Part shown: positions 40,401-49,617 of the stretch, in pieces
Layout: each line of letters begins with the position of its first letter
Numbering within the stretch: the first letter of the stretch is position 1
Origin: Candidatus Heimdallarchaeota archaeon
GTDB lineage: Archaea > Asgardarchaeota > Heimdallarchaeia > JABLTI01
Length of the DNA: 64,000 nucleotides
Direction: 5' to 3'
Assembly: GCA_018238155.1 (NCBI GenBank)
Contig: JABCTZ010000036.1
Span: forward strand, 160,001 to 224,000
Notes under the pieces: model-generated
The model's input: the letters and a program-made list of their open reading frames with translations, nothing else
Told to the model about the DNA's origin: nothing
Database searches by the model: none
Position numbers and translations under genes: made by a program

Positions 40401-41870
40401 TTGCCAACAAAACTAAAACTTAAACCAAGAAACAAAAATTTTGCTAGAACTAAAATCGTTTGTACAATTGGTCCTAAATCTGAATCAAGAGTTGAATTGA
40501 AAAAACTCATTGAGGCTGGTATGGACGTTGTTCGATTAAATTTCTCGCACAATTCTCATGATTGGCATAAGGCTGTCTTCCAAAGAGTAAGAGACCTCTC
40601 TGATGAAATCGCAATTTTATTTGATTTACAAGGTCCAAAAATCCGTATTGGTGAATTAGATTCTCCCTATTTCTTGAATGTGGGTGACGCTGTAATTTTA
40701 ACTACAGATGAAATTGTTGGGAATAATAAACGTTTTACTGTTTCACTCAAATCATTAACTACTTCACTCAAGAAAAATTGTCGATTGTATATCAACGATG
40801 GAATTATTGGTTTAAGAATTAAGAAGATTGAAGGCAATGATATTCACTGTGAGGTTACATCACCAGGTGAAATAAGAAGCAAGAAGGGTGTGAACATTCC
40901 GAATGTTAAATTAGACCTTCCTTGTCTTACTGAGAAGGATTTTGCTGATCTTGAATTGGCTTTAGATCTCGAGCCTGATTATATTGCTCTATCTTTTGTT
41001 CGTGCAGCGGCTGATGTTGTTAGTTTACGAGAGAAAATTCATGAAAGTAAATTAGATATTCCAATCATAAGCAAGATTGAACATGCCTTTGCAATCAAAA
41101 ACTTCGATAAGATTCTCAAAGAATCTGATGCAATAATGGTTGCACGAGGTGATTTAGGTATTGAAACATCTGTTACCAATCTTCCCATTCTTCAAAAAGC
41201 AATTATTCAAAAAAGTAACCGAGCCGGGAAACCTGTTATCACTGCAACTCAAATGTTGGAATCAATGATAAACAATCCAAGACCAACTCGAGCAGAAGCT
41301 AGTGATGTTGCAAATGCAATATTTGATGGTACAGATGCTGTTATGCTAAGTGCTGAAACCGCTGTTGGAAAATATTCCATTGAATCTGTTGAGATGATGA
41401 ATAAAATTGCTCTTAATGTTGAAAAGGAGCTTAAATGGAAAAGCTTTCCATCCGTCAAGCATAGCAAAGAAGATCAAATTTCTGAGAATTTAGCAACTGC
41501 TGCAGGAATGATTGTAAGCAGAACTCCTGTGAAAGCTATTATTGCTTTTACAGAAGGGGGTTTTAGTGCAAGATTAATTGCCAAACATAGACCAAAAACG
41601 AGAATATATGTTGCTACTCCAAGTGTAAAAGTCATTAGAAGGTTAGGTCTTATTTGGGGTTGTTATCCACTATTAGTTAATCAATACCAAAATACTGATC
41701 AAATGGTTGTAGAAACAGTATTTATTGCAAAGAAAATGAAATATCTGAATGATAACGATACAATATTAATTTTATCTGGTTCAGTATTGTGCCCGGGCAA
41801 GACCAATTTGTTACGTGCATACAAAGTATCTGATTTGCCCACACCTCAAGAGTTTGCTGCTATATTATAA
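40401..41870 (+). CDS. pyk: Pyruvate kinase
   Basis: RTKIVCTIGP, RLNFSH, DLQGPKIR, MVARGDLG, TATQMLESM, PTRAEASDVANA. Confidence 0.97.
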   Translation: MPTKLKLKPRNKNFARTKIVCTIGPKSESRVELKKLIEAGMDVVRLNFSHNSHDWHKAVFQRVRDLSDEIAILFDLQGPKIRIGELDSPYFLNVGDAVILTTDEIVGNNKRFTVSLKSLTTSLKKNCRLYINDGIIGLRIKKIEGNDIHCEVTSPGEIRSKKGVNIPNVKLDLPCLTEKDFADLELALDLEPDYIALSFVRAAADVVSLREKIHESKLDIPIISKIEHAFAIKNFDKILKESDAIMVARGDLGIETSVTNLPILQKAIIQKSNRAGKPVITATQMLESMINNPRPTRAEASDVANAIFDGTDAVMLSAETAVGKYSIESVEMMNKIALNVEKELKWKSFPSVKHSKEDQISENLATAAGMIVSRTPVKAIIAFTEGGFSARLIAKHRPKTRIYVATPSVKVIRRLGLIWGCYPLLVNQYQNTDQMVVETVFIAKKMKYLNDNDTILILSGSVLCPGKTNLLRAYKVSDLPTPQEFAAIL

Positions 41871-41886
41871 ATAGGTTATTTTGAAC

Positions 41887-42966
41887 CTATTTCCAAATTA
41901 ACTCATCTAATCTTTTTATTAAATCAACATCTTCAGATTCAACAAAATAAGCACGTAAATCTTGAAGTAGAACTCTTCCAAAATAATCTGCTTCGATTTC
42001 TTGCAAAATGATTGCATTGTCAATAAGTCGAACCAATAATTCAAACTCATATTTCGAAGGATTTTTCTTAGAAAAATAGGTATTACATTCTATACCGGAA
42101 ATTCTCATAGTTGTTTTCTTAGGTGGAATAAGAGATTTTATTTTTTCATCATAAAACGAACGTTGAAGTTTGATAATTAAATCTCGAGTGAAGGCTTTGT
42201 TAAAAACTTGTTTTAATTCGGTTAAGGTTTTCCTTTGAATACTATCTTTTGGGTAAATATTCATATGAAGGTCAAATGCGAGAAAAACATTTCCTGTCCC
42301 AGTTCTTGTTGCAAATCCTTTCTCATCTCCTGGGATGATTACTTCTACAATTCGATCCAATGGACTCTTCTCAGAAGCTATTGAAATTAATGTGGACTTT
42401 TCATCTTTGCTGTAGGTTATTTTACTCCAAAAATCATTAAAATTATGAAGCAATACCTCTTTCATTTTTGCAATATCAACGATAACTTCTGCAGAAGTCT
42501 CACACTCAATTGTGTGCATTATACTAACATTTTGCTCGATTTTCAATTCCTTTTCTTGGAAACTCAGCTTGACAACTTTTTCTTTGGTAATGGTAAAATA
42601 ATCAATTGTTCTGGATGTACAGCGCGCAAAAGTAACAATTGAATTTAAGCCCGTAACTGACTTTTTTATCTTGCCTATTATTTCATTTGAAAACTCGTTA
42701 TTTGAATAAAACACTATTCCTACAATTTCTAATGAATACGGTAAAATATATTTTAGACTTGTCAGTTGATTAATATCATCTTGATTAATGGTAAATTGTT
42801 CACAATTTTCATGTCTCTTAGTGAAATGCATTCCAGATAAAATTGAAACTTTGTTTTCTTGAGCTTCAACAAAACCAATTAAGACTGAGAATTTTATCGA
42901 ATCTTTCTGTTGATTTGCTATAGCTTTTAGTTGTTTATTAACATCTTTTTTTATAAACAGTGTCAT
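41887..42966 (-). CDS. Hypothetical protein with N-terminal inactive MPN-like domain (possibly ODR-4-like)
   Basis: 'SVLIG' strand and 'ILPYSLEIVGIVF' in the MPN position, with no JAMM HxH. Confidence 0.45.
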   Translation of the reverse strand: MTLFIKKDVNKQLKAIANQQKDSIKFSVLIGFVEAQENKVSILSGMHFTKRHENCEQFTINQDDINQLTSLKYILPYSLEIVGIVFYSNNEFSNEIIGKIKKSVTGLNSIVTFARCTSRTIDYFTITKEKVVKLSFQEKELKIEQNVSIMHTIECETSAEVIVDIAKMKEVLLHNFNDFWSKITYSKDEKSTLISIASEKSPLDRIVEVIIPGDEKGFATRTGTGNVFLAFDLHMNIYPKDSIQRKTLTELKQVFNKAFTRDLIIKLQRSFYDEKIKSLIPPKKTTMRISGIECNTYFSKKNPSKYEFELLVRLIDNAIILQEIEADYFGRVLLQDLRAYFVESEDVDLIKRLDELIWK

Positions 42967-43115
42967 TCAGATAACCTTAACAAACACTTGTTATCTTCTT
43001 TTTAAAGTTCATTTTGAAATTGAGTAAAACTAAGTCAATAATGTGTAATAATATTGTAAGGACAATACTTTTTTATTTTGATTTCCTTGTTCAATAAAGA
43101 AAAAACAAAACATGG

Positions 43116-44072
43116 TTGTTTAAAATGAAACGAATACTTGTTATAGGTTCTGGCGGACAAATTGGAAGCGAGTTAGTTCCTTTTCTCAGAAAAAAGTATG
43201 GAAAAGAAAATGTTATTGCTACTGGTCGACGAACAGTACTTCCCAAAGTAATAACTGAAGGCGGACCTTGGGTTTATCTTGATGCTCTTAATCAAGAATC
43301 TCTAAAGAAAGTCATTTATGAAAATTCTATAGATCACATTTTCCATATGGCTTCAGTTCTCTCAGCAACAGGAGAAAAAATACCTCAAACTGCTTGGGAT
43401 ATCAATGTAAATGGTCTGATCAATGTCTTAGAAGTCTCAAGACGATATGGTGTTGAAAGAGTCATTTGGCCAAGTTCTATCGCTGCTTTTGGTCCAACAA
43501 CTCCTCGTGAAAACACACCAAATGAGACAATTTTACAACCAACGACAATGTACGGAATAACAAAGGTTTCTGGAGAATTGTTAGCAGAATACTATTACAA
43601 AAAATATGGTTTGTTAACATTGTCTATGAGGTTACCTGGTATTATCAGTAGTGAAACTGCTCCTGGTGGAGGTACCACAGATTATGCTGTCGAAATCTTT
43701 TATGAAGCGATTAAGAATAAAAAATACACTTGCTTTTTGAAAGAAGATACAAAGTTGCCAATGATGTATCAACCGGATTGTTTGAAATGTCATGTTAATT
43801 TTGTAGAAATTGATGAATCTAAATTCAAGAGACATGTCTACAATGTAACTGGTGTTTCTTTCACTGCAGGTGAACTTGCAGCAGAAATTAAGAAGATTAT
43901 TCCCGAATTCACTATTGATTATAAACCTGATTTCCGACAAGAGATAGCTGATTCATGGCCAAAGTCAATTGATGATTCCGTTGCTCGAAAAGAGTGGGGT
44001 TGGAATCCAAAGTATGATTTAGCTGGAATTACTAAAGACATGATAGAAAAACTTAGTAAAAGATTAGTTTAG
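43116..44072 (+). CDS. tdh: L-threonine 3-dehydrogenase (SDR/GalE-like type)
   Basis: GSGGQIG, LSATGE, PSSIAAFG, YGITK, PGGGTTDYAV; kbl nearby. Confidence 0.88.
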   Translation: MFKMKRILVIGSGGQIGSELVPFLRKKYGKENVIATGRRTVLPKVITEGGPWVYLDALNQESLKKVIYENSIDHIFHMASVLSATGEKIPQTAWDINVNGLINVLEVSRRYGVERVIWPSSIAAFGPTTPRENTPNETILQPTTMYGITKVSGELLAEYYYKKYGLLTLSMRLPGIISSETAPGGGTTDYAVEIFYEAIKNKKYTCFLKEDTKLPMMYQPDCLKCHVNFVEIDESKFKRHVYNVTGVSFTAGELAAEIKKIIPEFTIDYKPDFRQEIADSWPKSIDDSVARKEWGWNPKYDLAGITKDMIEKLSKRLV

Positions 44073-44084
44073 CAAGCAAATTTG

Positions 44085-44102
44085 AAGAAGCTTTTGCTTC
44101 TT
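44085..44102 (+). terminator. Hairpin plus T-tract after tdh
   Basis: AAGAAGC-TTTT-GCTTCTT followed by a T-run. Confidence 0.45.
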
Positions 44103-44137
44103 TAATCATTTTTTTCACAGTTATTCGAGGAGATTTT

Positions 44138-44755
44138 TTGAAAGATAAAGAAATAGTTCGACAAGGATATAATGAAATTGCTTCACAATATCATGCTGCA
44201 CGAAATGAAGAGCTAGCTGAGATGGAATTATTACCTGATTTTATGGAATTAATTCCTAAAGGTGGCAAAGTTCTAGATGCTGGATGTGGTGGAGGGCATC
44301 CTTTTACAAAATTACTGAGCAATCATTTTGATGTTCTTGGTGTAGATTTTTCAGAAAAACAAATAGAATTAGCAAAGAAAAATGCTCCTCAAGCAGATTT
44401 TCGATGTTTAGATATGACTAAATTATCCTTTATTGATGAATATTTCAATGGAATCTTCTCTTACTATGCGATAATTCACATTCCTCGAGAAGAACAGTAT
44501 GATTTGCTAACCAATTTTTACCGAATGCTAAAACCAAACGGAGTCGCACTATTAACATTTCATAGTAAGGATGATCCCGGTTCGTATTTCGATGATTTTT
44601 TTGGCACCAATATGTTTTGGAGCGGTTATAATTCTGAAACAAATATTGCAATGGTTAAGAAAGCTGGTTTTGAAATCATTTGGTCTAAATTTATTGCTGA
44701 TAGTTTGGGTGATTCTATTCATCATTTTATGCTTCTTGAGAAAAAGAGCAAATAG
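44138..44755 (+). CDS. Class I SAM-dependent methyltransferase
   Basis: VLDAGCGGG, GVDFS, YYAIIHIPRE. Confidence 0.88.
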   Translation: MKDKEIVRQGYNEIASQYHAARNEELAEMELLPDFMELIPKGGKVLDAGCGGGHPFTKLLSNHFDVLGVDFSEKQIELAKKNAPQADFRCLDMTKLSFIDEYFNGIFSYYAIIHIPREEQYDLLTNFYRMLKPNGVALLTFHSKDDPGSYFDDFFGTNMFWSGYNSETNIAMVKKAGFEIIWSKFIADSLGDSIHHFMLLEKKSK

Positions 44756-44881
44756 AATAATGAACTCTTCCATTAATTTTTTATAATTTGAATATATGTT
44801 AAACTGTGAGCGCAGTTATATCACAATGATATATACACTAAAATTGAAATAAGGTTTTAGTGAAGTTCGGTGTGAACATCT

Positions 44882-46720
44882 ATGGTTGAGTTTGGCTTAG
44901 ATTTCTATTTAATAATAATATTATCTTTTATTGAATTAGTCATACTTGCTATTTTCACCGTTCTATATTTCAAGAAGAAGCAACCTGCTTTCCAAGCTTT
45001 AATAATTTCTGCACTTCTATTTCTTATGGGAAATATTGTATCTATCATTCATATTTTAATGCCACACTTGGTTGGATTACTTTTCTTTCAAGGACTGTTA
45101 GGTGCAGCCGGACTTGCTCCTATTGTTGTTTTCCTTGAGATTTTTGAAAATGGAACCTCTTTTAATCAAAGGAGTTCTTCATCAGTTATTTTCATTCTAC
45201 TTATTGGTGCAATTAAGGGTGGCTCGAAAGTACTAGTCGCAATAAGTGATATATTACAAGATTTACCAATAGAGTTTGGATTAAGAAGTATCTTGAATTC
45301 TACAGAAGTAGAGTTGGGAAAATTCTTCAGTTTTATAGCACCAATATTGTTTATTCTAGTTGGTTCTCTGTATGTCAATACTCTCTCCAAAATGAAGGAT
45401 CGTATTCGCTTTGAAAATCAAAAGAAGAAGATTCGAAAAGTAAAAACAGGCGTTTATCTTACATTTATTATACCTAAATTTATTTCCGGGTCTATTTTCA
45501 CTTTGAGTATTTTACCTGTATTTATCTTCAAAGATTTCGATATTAATCTTATATTGGGTCAATCTAATATTTTCGATTTGATTGTTAATGCTATTCAAAT
45601 TACAGGTTTAGTAGTCTTGAGTTTACCTATTATTGTCAGTGGTTCAGTATTCTTCATGCAATCAAGGAAAGTTTCAAGGTTAATAGTTATTAATAGAGAT
45701 GCTATCCCAATCTTTGAGTTTGCTTTTGAAAAGGAAGATTCATTCTGTGACGATGTGATGCTTAAAGAGGCTTACAATTCTATTAGTTCAATAATGAATG
45801 ATGGGGGTATAGCTTGTCAAGAATTAAAGTCAATGAATTTTAGTGATGTACAGATCATGGTGGACGTTAGAGATGATTTTGCTGTTTTATTAGTTACAGA
45901 TAGACCAACATTGTTCTTAAACAAAGCAGTGGAATCTTTTGCGAATGATTTTCAATTAATATTCCCTCAAAATTCAGACTTAAATCAAATTAGAACTCAG
46001 AAGATTAAATTTACTACTGAGAAAATGATTCAGAAAAACTTTAGTTTGGAACAAGAAGAAATTGAACAGATACGCTCAATTGTTAGTATAGGTTTTGACA
46101 AAGTAGGAATTAAATATTCGAAAATGAGATTGGAATCTGATGAAGAAGTGCAATTACTTCCGGATTTCATGAATCGCTTACCATCTAACGCTTTAGTTTT
46201 GGATGCAGGTTGTGGTGCAGGTGAACCAATTACCAAAATTCTAAGTGAACGTTTCAATGTGGTTGGAGTTGATGTTTCACGAAAACAAGTTGAAGCTGCT
46301 CGAAGAATACTTCCGGCATGTGAGTTCATCTGGCAAGATATGACTACACTTGCGTATCCTAATGGTCATTTTGATGGAATTATTTCTTACTATGCTATAC
46401 AACATGTTCCAAGAGAAGAACACATTGGGTTAATAGATAATTTCTACCGAATGCTAAAAGAAGGTGGATATGCTCTGCTCTGTTTTGGCACGGATGATGA
46501 TCAAGGGACAGTTATTGATGATTTCTTTGGTGTGAAAATGTATTGGAGTAGTTTTGATGCAGGGACAAATGTTGAAATGTTAAAAGAAACAGGATTCCAT
46601 GTTACATGGTTAAAATTCATCTTCGATGACTTGACAGAGGAACAACATATTTTTGTTTTAGCTCAAAAACCACACAAAGAACTACTTGATGAAATAAAAG
46701 AGAGAAAAAGAATTGATTGA
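44882..46720 (+). CDS. Multi-TM (about 7TM) - longin-like - SAM methyltransferase fusion protein
   Basis: Hydrophobic residues about 1-260; 'RLIVINRDAIPIFEFAF...LKSMNF...AVLLVTDR...FANDF' longin pattern; C-terminal VLDAGCGAG domain. Confidence 0.75.
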   Translation: MVEFGLDFYLIIILSFIELVILAIFTVLYFKKKQPAFQALIISALLFLMGNIVSIIHILMPHLVGLLFFQGLLGAAGLAPIVVFLEIFENGTSFNQRSSSSVIFILLIGAIKGGSKVLVAISDILQDLPIEFGLRSILNSTEVELGKFFSFIAPILFILVGSLYVNTLSKMKDRIRFENQKKKIRKVKTGVYLTFIIPKFISGSIFTLSILPVFIFKDFDINLILGQSNIFDLIVNAIQITGLVVLSLPIIVSGSVFFMQSRKVSRLIVINRDAIPIFEFAFEKEDSFCDDVMLKEAYNSISSIMNDGGIACQELKSMNFSDVQIMVDVRDDFAVLLVTDRPTLFLNKAVESFANDFQLIFPQNSDLNQIRTQKIKFTTEKMIQKNFSLEQEEIEQIRSIVSIGFDKVGIKYSKMRLESDEEVQLLPDFMNRLPSNALVLDAGCGAGEPITKILSERFNVVGVDVSRKQVEAARRILPACEFIWQDMTTLAYPNGHFDGIISYYAIQHVPREEHIGLIDNFYRMLKEGGYALLCFGTDDDQGTVIDDFFGVKMYWSSFDAGTNVEMLKETGFHVTWLKFIFDDLTEEQHIFVLAQKPHKELLDEIKERKRID

Positions 46721-46744
46721 GGATTTCTCCTCAAAAATGTTTTT

Positions 46745-47983
46745 TTACAATATTTTTAATTCTTTACCAATTTTCTCAAAAGCTGCTAAAGCAGTAGTAA
46801 GATGTTCTTTTTCCAAACCGGCAGTCATCATTACTCTGATTCTAGCTGTTCCTCGTGGAACCATTGGGAAAACGATTGGCAGAGCGAAAATTCCTTCTTC
46901 ATAGAGCCTATTGCTCATTGCTTTTGCGACATCATTTTCACCACAAATGATAGGTGTAATTGCTGTAGGTGTATTTGCTGCTGCAACAGTAATTTCATGA
47001 TTAAATCCAAGATCGACAATTCCTTTTTTGAAGAAACTACCATTGTCTAGAAGCTTAGCAACTACATTATCAAATTTGCCATCTTTATTTTCAAGAACAT
47101 CAATTGATCCAATAGAAGCTCCTGCTACCGCAGGGGGATGAGAACCACTTAGAAGATATGTTCGAGTTTTATTCCGGCAGAAATTAACTAGGTCTTTTGA
47201 ACCTGTAATTGCACCACCGACAGTTCCCATAGCTTTACTAAAGGTGTTCATTTCAACCTGTACTTTACCTTGTAAACCAAAATGATCGACAATGCCCTTA
47301 CCTTTTTTATCTCTACCAAGAACACCATCTCCATGAGCATCATCCACATAAATCATAGCGCCATATTGTTCACAGATTTTTTGGATTTCATCTAGTTTAG
47401 CCATATCTCCATCCATACTAAAAACACCATCTGTGATAACCAAAATTCTGCGAGCGTTTACTTTCTCAGCATTTTTCAGACACTGTTCTAAACCAGCCAT
47501 GTCTGAGTGTGTATATCTGAAATCAGAACCTCGTTGAGCTTTGGCTAAACGTACACCATCAATTATCGATCCATGGTTTAATTCATCAGAAATAATAACA
47601 TCTTCTTTGCTTGGAACTAATTGAGGAATGACACCGGCATTTGCAGCATATCCAGTTTGGGTTATCATCACCGCTTCTTGTTCCTTAAATGCAGCAAGTC
47701 TCCTTTCTAACTCTTCATGGATAAACATATTTCCAGCAATTGCTCGAACTGAACCTGAACCCGCACCAAATTCTTCCACTGCCTCAAGTGCTTTCTTTAC
47801 TACATGTGGATGTGTGCTTAAATTCAAGTAATTATTTGAACACATCATAATTACTTCTTTACCCTCAACTTTGCACACGGGGTCAGATCCTGATTCAAGT
47901 GTTTTATGTTTCCAATCTAAATTCCTAGTCACCAAATCATCATATTCAGCTTTCATAAAACCGACTGGGTCTCTTGTTGTCAT
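46745..47983 (-). CDS. kbl: Glycine C-acetyltransferase (2-amino-3-ketobutyrate CoA ligase), AON synthase family
   Basis: SNNYL, SDELNHGSIIDG, DGVFSMDGD, DDAHG, TFSKA; tdh nearby. Confidence 0.85.
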   Translation of the reverse strand: MTTRDPVGFMKAEYDDLVTRNLDWKHKTLESGSDPVCKVEGKEVIMMCSNNYLNLSTHPHVVKKALEAVEEFGAGSGSVRAIAGNMFIHEELERRLAAFKEQEAVMITQTGYAANAGVIPQLVPSKEDVIISDELNHGSIIDGVRLAKAQRGSDFRYTHSDMAGLEQCLKNAEKVNARRILVITDGVFSMDGDMAKLDEIQKICEQYGAMIYVDDAHGDGVLGRDKKGKGIVDHFGLQGKVQVEMNTFSKAMGTVGGAITGSKDLVNFCRNKTRTYLLSGSHPPAVAGASIGSIDVLENKDGKFDNVVAKLLDNGSFFKKGIVDLGFNHEITVAAANTPTAITPIICGENDVAKAMSNRLYEEGIFALPIVFPMVPRGTARIRVMMTAGLEKEHLTTALAAFEKIGKELKIL

Positions 47984-48184
47984 CGTTTTGCACCGAAAAA
48001 TATCTTTTTTGTTCTATGTTTAACTCTCTCTTCTCTATTTTAAACTTTTTTTAACATAAAGTATTACTTGAAAACAAAAGCTTTTATGTCGTGCATTACT
48101 TTTTTCAACTGTATTTGAAACAGTTTGATAGAAGATTTTTTATCTGACTGGTTTTGCTACTAATCAAGGAAGTGAACAAATAAT

Positions 48185-49027
48185 ATGTCCAAAAAAAGCA
48201 GATTAGAAGATGATTTATTCGATCCTGAAAAAGATGTAGAATCTACCTTTGAAGGGTATCCGAAAAGAAATGAGCTTGTAGTGGCCAATGTTGAAGAAGT
48301 AATGGGTCATGGTTGCTATGTTTCTTTGACTGAATTCAATAAAAGAAAAGCTTATGTTCATATCTCTGAACTCTCAAGAACTTGGGTAAAGAATATTAGA
48401 GTGCATGTACGAGAAGGTCAAAGAATCGTTGCCAAAGTTTTAAGAGTAGATCCATACAAAGGACAAATCGATTTGAGTATTAAACGTGTCCCAGAACAAA
48501 TGAAGAAATTGAAAATTCTTGAAGCTAAAAGAGGACAAACAGCAAAAACTCTCTTTAAAATGGTTACAGATAAGATGTCAAAAGAAGATTTAGAACAAGT
48601 TGGTGAAGTAAGAGAAATATTGGTTACTCATCATGAATTGCTCTATTATGCTCTTGAATTTGCATCAACCGCATCTCAAAAGAATCTAACGGATATGGGA
48701 ATCCCCGAGAAATGGGCAAAAACATTACGAAAAGTGGCATCTGATAATATTGTCCCTGCAACAGTAGAAATTAAAGGTATAGCCGAAATTGTTATTCCTA
48801 GTGGAAATGGTTTGACTCATCTCAAAGAAGCTCTTATCCTTGGCAGAGATAATTTAGAAGAAAAGAATACAAGTATCAAAATCTATACTGTTGGTAGCCC
48901 AAGATATTCTATAGAAGTTCAAGCAGAAGATTATAAAGTTGCTGAAAAGGCATTAGAAAATGCTCTTGGTCGAATTGAAAAGTCCGTTGAAAAACATCAT
49001 GGAACATTTTCCTTTAAGCGAAAATAG
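48185..49027 (+). CDS. eif2a: Translation initiation factor 2 alpha subunit
   Basis: S1 domain 'HISEL...WVKNIR...KVLRVD...IDLS', GSPRY; adjacent to nop10. Confidence 0.95.
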   Translation: MSKKSRLEDDLFDPEKDVESTFEGYPKRNELVVANVEEVMGHGCYVSLTEFNKRKAYVHISELSRTWVKNIRVHVREGQRIVAKVLRVDPYKGQIDLSIKRVPEQMKKLKILEAKRGQTAKTLFKMVTDKMSKEDLEQVGEVREILVTHHELLYYALEFASTASQKNLTDMGIPEKWAKTLRKVASDNIVPATVEIKGIAEIVIPSGNGLTHLKEALILGRDNLEEKNTSIKIYTVGSPRYSIEVQAEDYKVAEKALENALGRIEKSVEKHHGTFSFKRK

Positions 49028-49071
49028 AGTAGCATAATAAATCAAATAAAATTGAAGGCAGGTAAGAAACA

Positions 49072-49254
49072 ATGTCAATTCTGAAATGTGCAAAATGTGG
49101 ACAATATACCCTGAAGGAAATTTGTCCCGTGTGCAAAGAAAAAGCAATCAATCCTGCTCCAGCAAAATTTTCAATAGTACATTCCCAAAAATATGGCAAA
49201 TATCGAAGGGAACTAATGAGACAAGCAAAAGAAAGAGAACAAACAAAAGAGTAA
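49072..49254 (+). CDS. nop10: H/ACA RNP protein Nop10
   Basis: CAKCGQYTLKEICPVC...PAKFS...KYGKYR; conserved position after aIF2-alpha. Confidence 0.93.
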   Translation: MSILKCAKCGQYTLKEICPVCKEKAINPAPAKFSIVHSQKYGKYRRELMRQAKEREQTKE

Positions 49255-49314
49255 TTAAACGTTCACTTCCAAAAATTACTCTTCCTTATCTTCTTTTTAT
49301 AAAATTAATACTAT

Positions 49315-49414
49315 TGGTGCACCGCCCGGGATTTGAACCCGGGTTCCGACCTATCTCCTTGAGTTACAATCTCTACTGGGAGGGTCGAGTCTTGCCAGGC
49401 TGGACCAGCGGTGC
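49315..49414 (-). tRNA. tRNA-Gly (CCC) with 24-nt canonical intron (49353-49376) and encoded CCA
   Basis: Acceptor GCACCGC/GCGGTGC, anticodon stem CGACC/GGTCG, BHB central helix CTCC/GGAG, T-arm CCGGG-TTCAAAT-CCCGG. Confidence 0.93.
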
Positions 49415-49425
49415 AAAATAAATTT

Positions 49426-49494
49426 GCGCGAACTATCTACTCAAAATCCTCAACATCAATGTTCAGCTAGGGCCAGAACGATCATCGTTCGCGT
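49426..49494 (-). ncRNA. Putative box C/D guide sRNA
   Basis: Terminal stem CGCGAAC/GTTCGCG; C-like CGATGA, D' CTGA, short stem-loop, C'-like TGAGGA, D-like TAGA. Confidence 0.5.
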
Positions 49495-49617
49495 GTTTTA
49501 TTTTGTTCTCTTAAAACAAAAAAAGGTTTCGAGATATTTGAAGCAAAAGATTAGAAAAAGCATTCTCTACGTGTAATTAAACTATGAATAAAATAGGAAA
49601 TAAGAAATGACTAAGAC

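Noticed and set aside
49086-49421. 111-aa ORF
   Set aside because: Overlaps nop10 and the antisense of tRNA-Gly; spurious
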